A stretch of 48,288 nucleotides of DNA. Origin: a plasmid. The notes under the pieces are model-generated. The model had not been told where the DNA came from, ran no database searches, and saw only the letters and a program-made list of their open reading frames with translations. Shown one piece after another: positions 14,842 through 25,702 of this stretch; position 1 is the stretch's first letter, and each line of letters begins with the position of its first letter. Location: sequence record NZ_CP009216.1; one strand, 5' to 3'. Made by a program: the position numbers and the translations under genes.

Positions 14842-15091
14842 TTACGACCGTTTGCGGGAGCTAGTCGCGGAGATGGAGCAGGGCGCAGCCGCCACCACCC
14901 GCTACACATGGCTAGACCTCGCACACGAACTGATCCGCCTGCGCGACGGAATCGAAGCGCAGCGCGACACGTGCACCAGCGCCGCGGCAATGTGCCGGGA
15001 CTTCAACAGCCCGGACGCGCCAGCCGTCGCAAGCAACCTCGAATCCGTAGCCCGCGCACTCACCGGCCTACTGAACGGAGACACCGAATGA
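14831..15091 (+). CDS. hypothetical protein (86 aa), tandem paralog 2
   Basis: See paralog 1. The C-terminal LLNGDT(N)E end is conserved. Confidence 0.6.
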   Translation: MSIDYDRLRELVAEMEQGAAATTRYTWLDLAHELIRLRDGIEAQRDTCTSAAAMCRDFNSPDAPAVASNLESVARALTGLLNGDTE

Positions 15092-15444
15092 GCACTATCG
15101 ACCGCGCAGCCGACGTAATCCGCGCCCACGGGTTCGACCCCTGCCGAGAACCGGAATGTATCGCGCAAGACCTCGCAGACGCGGGCCTACTCGCGCCAGA
15201 CCTACCGACCCTGAAATCCGACTACGCCAGCATAGAAGTGCCGGTACGCAGCACCATCATCAACATGCACGACGATCCCGAGCGCTACGACGATGACAGC
15301 ATCCTCGTCGGCACCTGGTTCGGGGAAGTGGAGTTCTCTCTCGGCAAATTCGACGAGGTGTCGGTCTACATGAGCATTGAACAGGCCCGCGACTTCGCCC
15401 ACGCCTTGCTTGGGTCCGCCGACTACTCGGAGGCGAACCAATGA
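15088..15444 (+). CDS. hypothetical protein (118 aa)
   Basis: ATG within the junction cassette. In-frame part of track ORF 14908..15444. Confidence 0.55.
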   Translation: MSTIDRAADVIRAHGFDPCREPECIAQDLADAGLLAPDLPTLKSDYASIEVPVRSTIINMHDDPERYDDDSILVGTWFGEVEFSLGKFDEVSVYMSIEQARDFAHALLGSADYSEANQ

Positions 15445-15602
15445 TGGAGCTCAAGGAAATCAAGGTTGAACGCGAGGGTGGCTACGTGTGCGTCGCGTGG
15501 GACGGCGGACGGCTACGGCTAACCCCCACCACGGCAGCGGAAATGGCACGGCAAATGCGGGTCGCCGCAGTGGAGATCGCTAGCGAGGTGACCCGTGAGT
15601 GA
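15441..15602 (+). CDS. possible small protein (53 aa)
   Basis: ATGA overlap, fills a gap; below the track cutoff. Confidence 0.35.
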   Translation: MMELKEIKVEREGGYVCVAWDGGRLRLTPTTAAEMARQMRVAAVEIASEVTRE

Positions 15603-15822
15603 CCCTGTGAACCACCCGCAGCATTACACCGGGTTCAGCAACGGTGCGGAGGTCATCGATATTGCGGAGAACCTCACGTTTAACTGCGGCAATGCGGCTA
15701 AGTATTTGGCCCGCGCCGGAAGCGTCGACGGACGGGTGAAGGGCGACGTGCTGCAAGACCTGGAGAAGGCCCGCTGGTACATCAACCGCGAAATCAACCG
15801 ACTGAAGGAGAACAACCAATGA
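15595..15822 (+). CDS. DUF3310-like phage protein (75 aa)
   Basis: NHPQHYTG...EVIDI...NAAKYLARAG...KARWYINREI resembles DUF3310 family signatures. Confidence 0.5.
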   Translation: MSDPVNHPQHYTGFSNGAEVIDIAENLTFNCGNAAKYLARAGSVDGRVKGDVLQDLEKARWYINREINRLKENNQ

Positions 15823-16516
15823 CCAGAATCGCCGAACCCGGCGTGACCCTCATTGCCCACACCACTGTCACCACACTGGACGGAACGCTGGATACAGCCC
15901 CCCACGCCGCCGAGTGGCTTGAACCCCAACAGGGCACCGCCCACGCGGAGTACATAACCGAGTTCGCTGGCAGGGCTTGTTACCAGAGCTTCAACCGCCC
16001 GAACCCGGCCACGGCCACCACCGCCGATTACCTACGCCGCACACTGTTCGAGCAGAAGCACTGGAGCATTGCGGAGCACGCCACCGCCACGTTCTACATC
16101 ACCGGCGTGTCCCGCGCCTTCACCCACGAGTTAATCCGCCACCGCCACCTGTCGTACAGCCAACTCTCCCAGCGCTTCGTAGACGAGGGCCGCGCCGACA
16201 TTGTGGTGCCGCCCGCCATGCGCGGCGAGGAGGACGTACTGCTCGAACTCGAGCGCGAAACCTCCCACTACTACAGCACCATCGTGGACGTGCTCACGGA
16301 CGACGGCTTGCCCCGCAAGCAGGTCCGCGAAGCCGCCCGCGCCGCGCTCCCGAACATGACCGAAACGCGGATTGTGGTCACCGGCAACTTGCGCGCATGG
16401 CACGAAGTAATCGAGCGCCGCACCGCCCCGGACGCGGACGCGGAAATGCAAGAGGTCATGGGCATGGTGCGCGACCAGCTCACGACCATTGCACCGACCA
16501 TCTTCCCGGAGGAGAA

Positions 16517-16520
<4 letters not shown>
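15819..16520 (+). CDS. thyX: FAD-dependent thymidylate synthase ThyX
   Basis: ThyX motif RHRHLSYSQLSQR (RHRxxxxxS). Confidence 0.9.
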
Positions 16521-17636
<1,116 letters not shown>

Positions 17637-17637
<1 letters not shown>

Positions 17638-18389
17638 TGGGGAAGGAGAAGGGCCAGTGCCAAGCGACCGGCAGATTCGGCAGGTGCCCCAACCGCGCCC
17701 GCAAACCGGGCTACCCGTACTGCCAGAAGCATGCGGAGGTAAAGGGTCTTCAGCACCCCCTTGTGTCCACCGAGGGCTCGCGGGTGCTCATTGCCGAGCT
17801 GAAGCGCGCCGGGTGGAGCAACCGCACTATTGCCCGCGAATCCGGGCTTGCCGAGAACACGATTCTCGGAATCGCGCACAACCCGACCATGCACCGCAGT
17901 ACCGCGGAGAAGCTGCTGGCGCTGCGCGAGCTCGAGCCCGAACCGTTCCGCGTTGAGGTGTGGCCGTACCGGCGCCGGCTGCAGAGCCTGCAGGCCGCGG
18001 GCCACACCGGGCGCGACATTGCGAAGGGAACCGGCCTCCCAACGTCCACCGTGTCCTTCATCGTCAACGAGGAGGGCGAGTGGATAGCCCGCGGCAGGGC
18101 CGAGGTAATCGAACGGTACTGGCGGGAGCACGCCGCCGACCCGGTGCGCACCGCGACTGCGGCTGCTATGCGCGGTGGCTGGCCGGTGCCTATGTGGTGG
18201 GACGACATTGACGACCTGCGGGAGAAACCGGGGGTTACGCATTGCCGGGTGTGTCACGGCCTGGAGCCGTTCCGCAGCACAGGGCTGTGCAACGCGTGCA
18301 GGAGCCGGTTGTGGAACGCGCAGAACCGTGACGAAGTAAACAGGCGCCGGCGTGAGCGTCGCAGGAAAGCAAAGGAGCAAGCAGCATGA
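17637..18389 (+). CDS. hypothetical DNA-binding protein with N- and C-terminal zinc ribbons and two HTH-like repeats
   Basis: CQ..C..C...C N-terminus. WSNRTIARESGL / RDIAKGTGL HTH-like repeats. C-terminal CRVCHG...CNACRSRLW. Confidence 0.55.
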
Positions 18390-18847
18390 TTGAGTTCTCG
18401 AAGGTGCACCCGGATGTGCCGACCCCGAAGCGGGCGCATCCCACGGACGCTGGCGTTGACCTCACCGCGTGGTCGATTGATACGGGTGAAGGGCAGGGCA
18501 CTGACTGGGAGACGGACGTGATCAGTCCCGGCGTGTCCCGCGTGTTCGGAACCGGCGTTCGCGTCGCAGTACCCGAGGGGTACGTGGGGTTACTGTTCGC
18601 CCGCTCGTCGCTCGGGGTGAAGCGTCGCCTTGACGTGGCCAACGGCACCGGGGTGATTGACGCGGGTTACCGCGGCGAAGTGAAGGTGTGCTTGCGGAAC
18701 ACAGGCCGTATTCATGCGCGCCTTAAGCGTGGGGAACGGGTTGCGCAACTGGTGGTTGTGCCGTGCGACCGCGAGGAGTGGGTAGAGGTAGCGCACCTGG
18801 ACAACACGGAACGCGGTGAAGGTGGGTATGGTTCCACAGGTAGCTAG
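18386..18847 (+). CDS. dut: dUTP diphosphatase (trimeric dUTPase)
   Basis: All five dUTPase motifs are present (AGVDL, RSSL, GVIDAGYRGE, RGEGGYGSTG). Confidence 0.9.
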   Translation: MIEFSKVHPDVPTPKRAHPTDAGVDLTAWSIDTGEGQGTDWETDVISPGVSRVFGTGVRVAVPEGYVGLLFARSSLGVKRRLDVANGTGVIDAGYRGEVKVCLRNTGRIHARLKRGERVAQLVVVPCDREEWVEVAHLDNTERGEGGYGSTGS

Positions 18848-18863
18848 GTCGTATCGTGGGGGC

Positions 18864-19100
18864 ATGGCGACGAAAGTGTGCAACGTTTGCAATCGGGAGA
18901 AGCCGTTGTCGGAGTTCCACCGTCTTACTTCCTCCCCGGACGGGCACCAGTACACCTGCAAGGTGTGCATGAAGGAGCAGCGGGTGAAGTACCGCGCCAG
19001 GGAGAACACGTATGCGCGGGGTGCGCGGGCGGAGGAACGCCGCGAGTTGGCCTGGTATCGGGAGCACTACCCGCAGGAAGGGAAACCGTGGAATGAGTAA
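18864..19100 (+). CDS. zinc-ribbon protein (78 aa)
   Basis: CNVC...CKVC. In-frame ATG within track ORF 18816..19100. Confidence 0.45.
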   Translation: MATKVCNVCNREKPLSEFHRLTSSPDGHQYTCKVCMKEQRVKYRARENTYARGARAEERRELAWYREHYPQEGKPWNE

Positions 19101-19512
19101 TTTCTGGCGGATCAGTGATTATTTGGAGGCGCACCCCACCCCGTGGCGGATAGTGCGCCCGAAGCCCTCCACCACCGGCCTGGAAGGCCTGCGCGTGTAC
19201 CCGGAGCCGGACACGGACGGCTACGAGGGCGTGCTGTACCGGGACGGGCGGGACACGGCAGCGGACGTTGTGGTGGACGCGAACGGCAAGGTGGTTGTAG
19301 AGTCCGCCGACAACGCGGGGGAGGCCTCATGGCTCGAGGGTGATGTGCGCGCCCTGGTGGACTTCGTAAATGCTGCGGGGGCGGCGATAAACGTGCGGAC
19401 AGAGCGGCTATTCCCTGACTGGGCTAGCGGTCGAGCGGGCACATTATCGGAGACGGATAAGCAGCGGATTATGGAGAGTGCGAAGCGCAGGTTTAGTGGC
19501 CCGGTAGACTAG
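19093..19512 (+). CDS. hypothetical protein (139 aa)
   Basis: ATG overlapping the upstream stop. Within track ORF 19012..19512. Confidence 0.55.
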   Translation: MSNFWRISDYLEAHPTPWRIVRPKPSTTGLEGLRVYPEPDTDGYEGVLYRDGRDTAADVVVDANGKVVVESADNAGEASWLEGDVRALVDFVNAAGAAINVRTERLFPDWASGRAGTLSETDKQRIMESAKRRFSGPVD

Positions 19513-19519
19513 CTGGTAC

Positions 19520-19562
19520 GCGAACCCCGCCCTCTACGTTTGTATGGCGGGGTCTTCGCTTG
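19520..19562 (+). terminator. terminator-like hairpin CCCCGCC-(15-nt loop)-GGCGGGG then TCTTCGCTT, at the end of the early operon
   Basis: A 7-bp GC stem followed by a T-rich run. Confidence 0.35.
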
Positions 19563-19701
19563 TGGGGTAGGTTTCGCCGTGGGGTGGGCCCTAACCCCGA
19601 TTCGGCCCGTTGCTTTCATCGCTTCCCCTGGTGGTGCGAGCAGCGGGCCGCTCGTTCACCGTCGCCTGACCGCGTGGCCCGGTGGGGCACCATGCCCCGG
19701 T

Positions 19702-20289
19702 ATGGAGACGAGAACAACCCTGCCGGTGGGTGACCTTCACCCGTACCGTGGGAACCCGCGCAACGGCGACGTGACCCTGATTAAGGCTTCCTTGTTGGAG
19801 CATGGGCAGTACCGCCCTGCGGTGGTGAATGACACCGAGGACGGTTGCATCGTTCTGGCGGGGAATCACCTGGTGCAGGCCATGCGGGAACTCAACGAGG
19901 AACACCCGAACGAAGGGTGGGGCGTGGTGTGGGTGCATATCGTCCACCTGGACGAGCAGCAGGCCCGCCGCCTAGCACTCACCGACAACAGGTCTAGTGA
20001 CCTCGCCTCCTACGACCACGTCGCGCTTCTAGCGGAACTAGAAGCGTTGGATGTGTTCGACGGCACCGGGTGGGGTGAGGCCGACCTGGAAGCGCTCGAA
20101 GCCCTCACCGCCGACGCAGAACCAGAACCGGAGGGTGACGCCCCGGACGAGTTCCCCTACCCGGGCATGGCCACCGTCACTCTGCACCTGCTGCCCCCGC
20201 TGCACGAGCAATGGCAGGACTTCACCCGCGGGTTCGACAGCCCCGAGGAGGCATTGGAACACCTCCTCGACCACGGGGCGGGAGCATGA
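19702..20289 (+). CDS. ParB-like nuclease domain protein
   Basis: LPVGDLHPYRGNPRNGDV...LLEHGQYRPAVV ParB N-terminal/sulfiredoxin-like motifs. Located upstream of the terminase, as in many cos actinophages. Confidence 0.6.
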   Translation: METRTTLPVGDLHPYRGNPRNGDVTLIKASLLEHGQYRPAVVNDTEDGCIVLAGNHLVQAMRELNEEHPNEGWGVVWVHIVHLDEQQARRLALTDNRSSDLASYDHVALLAELEALDVFDGTGWGEADLEALEALTADAEPEPEGDAPDEFPYPGMATVTLHLLPPLHEQWQDFTRGFDSPEEALEHLLDHGAGA

Positions 20290-20525
20290 CCCGCACGGCC
20301 CGTCAGAAGCGCATATCCCGCGAGCGCGCAGCCAGCAAAGCCAGCCTCGGGAAGAACTGCCCCACCCCCAACAAGCACGCCTACCCCAACCGCGGTGAAG
20401 CGCACGCCTCACTGCGCCGGCAATGGCGACAACCCCGCCCCGGCAAGCACCTCCCCACCCGCGTGTACCGCTGCCCCTGCGGAGCATGGCACCTCACCAG
20501 CAAGCCTGACCGCACCCGCAGGTGA
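20286..20525 (+). CDS. hypothetical basic protein (79 aa) with a CPCG motif
   Basis: ATGA overlap. In-frame part of track ORF 20211..20525. Confidence 0.45.
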   Translation: MTRTARQKRISRERAASKASLGKNCPTPNKHAYPNRGEAHASLRRQWRQPRPGKHLPTRVYRCPCGAWHLTSKPDRTRR

Positions 20526-20531
20526 CGCACC

Positions 20532-20933
20532 ATGCGAAGCATGAGTGACGGGAACATCACCTGCCCCGCAGCCGACGAGTGCGACGTGTGCGGGCGCTGC
20601 ACCATGTGCCACCCCCGCGACCCCCGCTACGACCACGGCGGGCCGCTGCCAGCGGGCAATGGTGGGGTGAACCTGCACGGCCCCGGCTGGTACAGCACCG
20701 ACCAAGTACGCGACATGCTCAACAAGGTGGGGGTGGACATGGAACACGCCGAACACCTCATGGAAGAAGCCCGCCAAGTGGTGGACTGCTACGTGCAGAG
20801 CTTCCTCCACACGCCGGACGAACACACGGCCACCCACTACCCCGACGGGGTGCTCCACACCTTCACCGGCCCCAACAACGACGGCCACACCCGCACCTGG
20901 ACAGTAGCCACACGGTACCCCGACACCACCTAA
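20532..20933 (+). CDS. hypothetical Cys-rich protein (133 aa)
   Basis: CPAADECDVCGRCTMC N-terminus. Confidence 0.55.
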   Translation: MRSMSDGNITCPAADECDVCGRCTMCHPRDPRYDHGGPLPAGNGGVNLHGPGWYSTDQVRDMLNKVGVDMEHAEHLMEEARQVVDCYVQSFLHTPDEHTATHYPDGVLHTFTGPNNDGHTRTWTVATRYPDTT

Positions 20934-21009
20934 ACCAGCAGGTAAAGCCCTGACCCGCCCAGGCGCACAGAAGGGGGCGGAACACACAACCACAGCACAG
21001 GAGAACCCA

Positions 21010-21459
21010 ATGCCCGCATACCCCACCGGCATGACCCCAGAACGCGCCGAGCGCGCACAAAAGGTCGTTGAGATGAAACACCGGCAGGGGCTCACGATGG
21101 AGAAGATTGCCGGCAAGCTCGGGGTATCCGAATCGCAGGTGCGGCGTGACTACCGCGACGCGATAGACGCGACGTTCAAACCCACCGTTGAGGAATTCGT
21201 GATGGAGGAGGTTGACCGCCTCGCCCTCGTGTACCAGCGGTTCCTGCCGGACATGTTGCAGCGCGAAGACCACGAGCGGGCGTTCAAAGCGGGGGAGAAG
21301 GTACTGAAGGTGTCGGAGCAGCGGGCGCGGCTGCTGGGCCTGAATGCGGCGGTGAAGTTCGAGGTGAAGGGGGAGCGCGTCTCCGAGCTCGACACGTTGG
21401 CGCAGGCGGTAGCCGCGGAGGTGGCCGCGCTCGAGAAGGCAGCTGGCGAGCAGGAGTAG
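21010..21459 (+). CDS. terS: terminase small subunit
   Basis: HTH LTMEKIAGKLGVSESQVRRDYRDAI plus a coiled-coil C-terminus. Located immediately upstream of TerL. Confidence 0.65.
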   Translation: MPAYPTGMTPERAERAQKVVEMKHRQGLTMEKIAGKLGVSESQVRRDYRDAIDATFKPTVEEFVMEEVDRLALVYQRFLPDMLQREDHERAFKAGEKVLKVSEQRARLLGLNAAVKFEVKGERVSELDTLAQAVAAEVAALEKAAGEQE

Positions 21460-21462
21460 CCC

Positions 21463-22704
21463 GTGGCAGTTACTCTGTCGCCGAAGCAGAAGCAGGCGTG
21501 GGCGCACTCCACCCGCTTCATCAACGTGTGGGACGGCAGTGTGTCCGGTGGCAAAACGTTCACCTGGCTGCTGCTCATGCTCCACAAGATTCAGAACGCC
21601 CCGGCGGAGGGCGACATTGTCATCATGGGGTACAGCCTGCCGTCGGTGTACCGTAACGTCTTCTCGCTTATCGAATCGCACCCGTTGTTCGCACCGTTCC
21701 GTGAGCACGTGCGCTACAACCACAACGCGGACACCGCCCTCATGTTCGGGCGCACCGTGCACGTTATCGGCATGGGCACGATCAAGGCGTCCGACCGTAT
21801 CCGGGGCATGACCATCCGCTACGCCTTCGTGGACGAGGGCACACTCATGCCGCACGAGGTGTTCACCATGCTGCTCACCCGCCTACGTGTTGAGGGGGCG
21901 CAGTGCTTCATCACCACCAACCCGGGCAACCAGCGCCACTACCTGCTCACGGACTACATTCAGCGCCCGGACGAGACGGACACCTATCACGCGACGTTCA
22001 CGATGGCGGACAACCCCGGGTTGCCGGCGGAGTACGTCGAGCGGCAGAAGGCCCTGTATACCGGAGTGTTCTACCAGCGGTTCATTCTTGGGCGCTGGGT
22101 TGCCGCCGAAGGGGCGGTGTTCCAGGGCTGGGACGAGGACACCATGACGGTGCAGGAACTCCCCGAGCTGCTGCAAACGTTCAGCGTCGGCGTGGACTAC
22201 GGCACCGAGCACCCCACCGCAGGGTACGCCCTATCCCTGGGGCGCAGCGTCGAGGACGGGCAAGACACCTACCGCCTGTACCTGCACAACGAATGGTCAC
22301 CCAACCCGACCCGGCGTGCCACAGACTTCGAGCTGGCGACCAGTTTTGAGGAGTGGACGGCGACGCTCCCGCACTGGCCGCAGTACATGTACGCCGACCC
22401 TGCCGCGGCCAGCTTCCGTGAGGAGCTACTACGACGCGGGCTCACCACCCACCGGGCCGACAACAAGGTGCTTGACGGTATCCGCACCTTGGACAGCCTG
22501 CTCATGGCCGGGCAGCTGAAGGTGCACGCCTCATGCGCTCACCTGCTTGACGAGCTACCGACCTACGTGTGGGACGCGAAGGCGGCGGAGCGTGGGGAGG
22601 ACAAGCCCGTGAAGGAGCACGATGACCACGTGGACGCCGCCCGCTACGCGGTGCACTCGTCGCGTCACCTGTGGCGCGCAATGCTGACCGCTCCCGAACC
22701 CTAG
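21463..22704 (+). CDS. terL: terminase large subunit
   Basis: Walker A GSVSGGKT, Walker B FVDEG, and C-terminal RNaseH-like nuclease acidic residues. Confidence 0.9.
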   Translation: MAVTLSPKQKQAWAHSTRFINVWDGSVSGGKTFTWLLLMLHKIQNAPAEGDIVIMGYSLPSVYRNVFSLIESHPLFAPFREHVRYNHNADTALMFGRTVHVIGMGTIKASDRIRGMTIRYAFVDEGTLMPHEVFTMLLTRLRVEGAQCFITTNPGNQRHYLLTDYIQRPDETDTYHATFTMADNPGLPAEYVERQKALYTGVFYQRFILGRWVAAEGAVFQGWDEDTMTVQELPELLQTFSVGVDYGTEHPTAGYALSLGRSVEDGQDTYRLYLHNEWSPNPTRRATDFELATSFEEWTATLPHWPQYMYADPAAASFREELLRRGLTTHRADNKVLDGIRTLDSLLMAGQLKVHASCAHLLDELPTYVWDAKAAERGEDKPVKEHDDHVDAARYAVHSSRHLWRAMLTAPEP

Positions 22705-22718
22705 CGAGCATAAGCGGC

Positions 22719-22943
22719 ATGTACGACACCACGGACACCTGGTTCGACGTCAGCACCACCGAGGACGCGCTAGGTGACTTCATCATCATTGAGGCGAAGC
22801 AGGGGGAGCATGCTACCGGCGCTGCTGTCGCTATCCCGATAGAGGAGGCACCGTTCATAGCGCACGCGCTGCTCGACCTGTGGTGTAGTGACGATGAGGA
22901 GGAGGAGTTGGGGGAGGATGGTTGGCCGGTCGAGGAGGACTGA
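22719..22943 (+). CDS. hypothetical acidic protein (74 aa)
   Basis: In-frame ATG within track ORF 22671..22943. DDEEEELGEDGWPVEED tail. Confidence 0.45.
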   Translation: MYDTTDTWFDVSTTEDALGDFIIIEAKQGEHATGAAVAIPIEEAPFIAHALLDLWCSDDEEEELGEDGWPVEED

Positions 22944-22965
22944 CCGCCCCGCGAAACACAAGAAC

Positions 22966-24534
22966 ATGCCGGGCATGAGTATCCTCCCGCCCACCTCCGC
23001 TTGGCCCCCAGCCCACTACAAGCCGGCGCTCGACCAGGTGCGCCACGACGCTGCGGTGCTGTCCGGTGACCTGGCGGTGCAGAATGACCTGTACGCCGCC
23101 CGCCAGCCGAAGCCGTACACGTCGCAGTTCCAGTTCAACGGCGGGCTGTTCGGCAGCGTGGCTAGGGGCATGCTCGGCACCCCGCGCCCCAACAATGCAA
23201 CCCCCGCGGTGACGCAGTTCGACACGTTGCCGTTCGACCTCGCCACCCTGTCCGCCGACGTGCTGGTGGGGGAACCGCCCCGCTTCACCCTGAACCCCGC
23301 GGACGAAGGCAACACCGACGCCGCGGTGGCGCTCACCAACTTCACCGGCACGGACACCTTCGCAGCCGACCTGCACCAAGCGTTCCGCTCATGCGCCGGC
23401 CTGGGCTGGGTGTACGGCAGGGTGGTGTGGAACACCGACATTGACCCGCACCCGTGGGTGGAGTGGGTAGACGCCGACCAGGGCATGCCCGAGTTCACCA
23501 ACGGCAGGGTCACCGCCATTGTCTTCTGGGACACCTACCGGCAGGGCAAGCATGTGTACCGGCTGTTGCAGCGCCACACCGCGGGGCGTATCGAGTACGA
23601 GCTGCACCAGGGTGACGAGCACAAGCTGGGCATGGTGGTGCCGTTCACCGAGGTGCCGGAGACGGCGTACCTCGCGGACGTGGTGGACGCCGACAGTGGG
23701 GTGACCACCGGTGCTACCCGCCCCACCGCTGTGCTTATCCCGAACCTTGACCGCTCCCCCCAGTGGCGCACCGACCCGTACCTGCGTTACCTTGGCATGT
23801 CCGACGTGGTGAAGGGCGGGGAAGTGTGGCACTCGCTGAACATGCTGTGGACAGACCTCATGCACGAGGTGGACAGTGCGAAGGCGAAGCTCGTTGTGCC
23901 CGAGCACTACCTGCGCTCCAACGGGCCCGGGCGCGGCATGTCGTACGAGTGGTTCCGCGACGTCTACACCAAACCCCAGTCCGCCAGCCCAGACGCCGCG
24001 GACACCATCGAGCGGGTGCAGTTCGACATGCGGGTGGATTCCTACATGCAGGCAATCGACAACACGCATATGCGCGCTGTGTCGTCGGCGGGCTGGTCGA
24101 ACATCACCTTCGGGTTGGAGAACGCCAGCGCCCAAATGACCGCCACCGAGATTCGGGCGCGCTCCACCCGCACCATTCACACCCACAAGGCTAAGAGCCG
24201 ACACGCCCGCGCCGGGCTGGGGGAGTTGCTGACGGCGTGGCTTGAGATGGACGCTGCGCTGAACGGCTACGCCCCACCCACCCATACGGTGAACGTGTCG
24301 GTGGCGGAGCCGGTGCAGGCAACCGAGCTGGACGAGGCCACCACCGTGCAGACGCTGCGCAACGCCGGGGTCGCCTCAACCCGGTACGCGGTCACCCGTC
24401 TGCACCCCGAGTGGACGCAGGAGCAGATTGATACCGAGCTGGCCGAGCTCGCCCGGGAGCAGCGCGCCGAGGTTGGGGTGAACCCGTTCGAGAACGTGGG
24501 GTTGGACGAACCGCCGCGGGGCATGGAGGAGTAG
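22966..24534 (+). CDS. portal protein
   Basis: About 520 aa, located between TerL and the MuF-like gene. The upstream part of the track ORF overlaps the previous gene. Confidence 0.7.
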   Translation: MPGMSILPPTSAWPPAHYKPALDQVRHDAAVLSGDLAVQNDLYAARQPKPYTSQFQFNGGLFGSVARGMLGTPRPNNATPAVTQFDTLPFDLATLSADVLVGEPPRFTLNPADEGNTDAAVALTNFTGTDTFAADLHQAFRSCAGLGWVYGRVVWNTDIDPHPWVEWVDADQGMPEFTNGRVTAIVFWDTYRQGKHVYRLLQRHTAGRIEYELHQGDEHKLGMVVPFTEVPETAYLADVVDADSGVTTGATRPTAVLIPNLDRSPQWRTDPYLRYLGMSDVVKGGEVWHSLNMLWTDLMHEVDSAKAKLVVPEHYLRSNGPGRGMSYEWFRDVYTKPQSASPDAADTIERVQFDMRVDSYMQAIDNTHMRAVSSAGWSNITFGLENASAQMTATEIRARSTRTIHTHKAKSRHARAGLGELLTAWLEMDAALNGYAPPTHTVNVSVAEPVQATELDEATTVQTLRNAGVASTRYAVTRLHPEWTQEQIDTELAELAREQRAEVGVNPFENVGLDEPPRGMEE

Positions 24535-24537
24535 TAG

Positions 24538-25611
24538 GTGCCGGCCCTTGAGCAGCAGTCGCGGGTTGTTGAGGCGTACCGTGACGCCGAGGTGTACCTG
24601 CTGCGCCTCATTGCCCGCTCGGTCGACGGGTCGGGCACGCAACGCCACTACATCGAGCAGCAGCGCGAACTGGCGCGCCTGCTGAAGCTCGCGCAGGCGA
24701 AGCTCGACCAGTTGGCCGGCCACCTTGACGAGGCGGTGCTGCAGGAGATGGAGGCGGAGTACGTGGCAGCGGTGCGGGAAGCCATTGCGCAGACCCCTAG
24801 CCCGGTGCCGTCCCTCATTCCGACGGCGGCTGTTGAGGCGACCGCAGTGTCCACCGCGACGGCGGTGGTGTCGCAGCACCCGCAGATTCTGCGCAGTGTG
24901 CACGACGCCTACCAGGAAGCGCAGCGCCTGACCGTCACCCGGGCCGTCGTGTCCGGCGAGAGCAACCAGCAGGCGGTGCAGTCAATGCTGAACCAGCTCG
25001 CCGACCGGGGCATAACCTCCTTCCGGGACGCAGCGGGCCGACGCTGGGGCATGGACACCTACGCGGACATGGCGGTGCGTACCGGGCGCATGAACGCGCT
25101 GAACCAGGGCCACATGGACGGCTGGCGCGACGCCGGGGTTGAGCTGGTGAAGGTATCGACGCACCCGGCCTCCCACCCGTGGTGCTACCCGTACCAGGGG
25201 AAGCTGCTGGCGATTCGGGGCGGGGCTGGAACCCACACTCTCACCGACCGGGTGACCGGGGAGCAGGTGACGGTAACAGCGGTGGCGACGTTCCAGGACG
25301 CGGTTGCCCGCGGATACCACCACCCGAACTGTAGGCATTCGGAGGGTGCCTACATCCCTGGGTTCACCTACACCGACCCGAAGGTGGTGTCGGAGGGGGA
25401 GAACGAGCGCCAGTACAAGGCGCTGCAGCGTCAGCGGCAGATTGAGCGGAATATCCGCCAGTGGCGCAGGCGTGAAGCCGTGGCCCTTACGCCGGAGGAG
25501 CGGGCCCATGCGAGGCGCAAGGTGCGGGCGTGGCAGGCAGCGCAGCGGGAGCACGTCGGCGCTCACCGCTTCCTCACGCGCCGGCACGAGCGGGAGAAGC
25601 TACGCGCATAA
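24538..25611 (+). CDS. MuF-like minor capsid / head morphogenesis protein
   Basis: HHPNCRH signature of Phage_Mu_F-like proteins. Position directly after the portal gene. Confidence 0.75.
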   Translation: MPALEQQSRVVEAYRDAEVYLLRLIARSVDGSGTQRHYIEQQRELARLLKLAQAKLDQLAGHLDEAVLQEMEAEYVAAVREAIAQTPSPVPSLIPTAAVEATAVSTATAVVSQHPQILRSVHDAYQEAQRLTVTRAVVSGESNQQAVQSMLNQLADRGITSFRDAAGRRWGMDTYADMAVRTGRMNALNQGHMDGWRDAGVELVKVSTHPASHPWCYPYQGKLLAIRGGAGTHTLTDRVTGEQVTVTAVATFQDAVARGYHHPNCRHSEGAYIPGFTYTDPKVVSEGENERQYKALQRQRQIERNIRQWRRREAVALTPEERAHARRKVRAWQAAQREHVGAHRFLTRRHEREKLRA

Positions 25612-25683
25612 AAGAAAGGGCCACCCGGAGGCGCATCGTAGAGAGGCGCGGGTGGTGCTGTTGCTGCACAGTCTAGCAGGCAG

Positions 25684-25702
25684 TTTCAAACGTTGTTTGA
25701 AA
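25684..25702. promoter_or_regulatory. 19-bp perfect AT-rich palindrome TTTCAAAC-gtt-GTTTGAAA in the MuF-scaffold intergenic region
   Basis: A perfect 8-bp inverted repeat in a 187-bp gap. It is preceded by a GC hairpin at about 25623-25655. Confidence 0.35.

Noticed and set aside
20409-21855. Two long - strand ORFs (235 and 330 aa) opposite terS/terL
   Set aside because: They are antisense to confidently identified terminase genes and have no RBS or phage-like composition.
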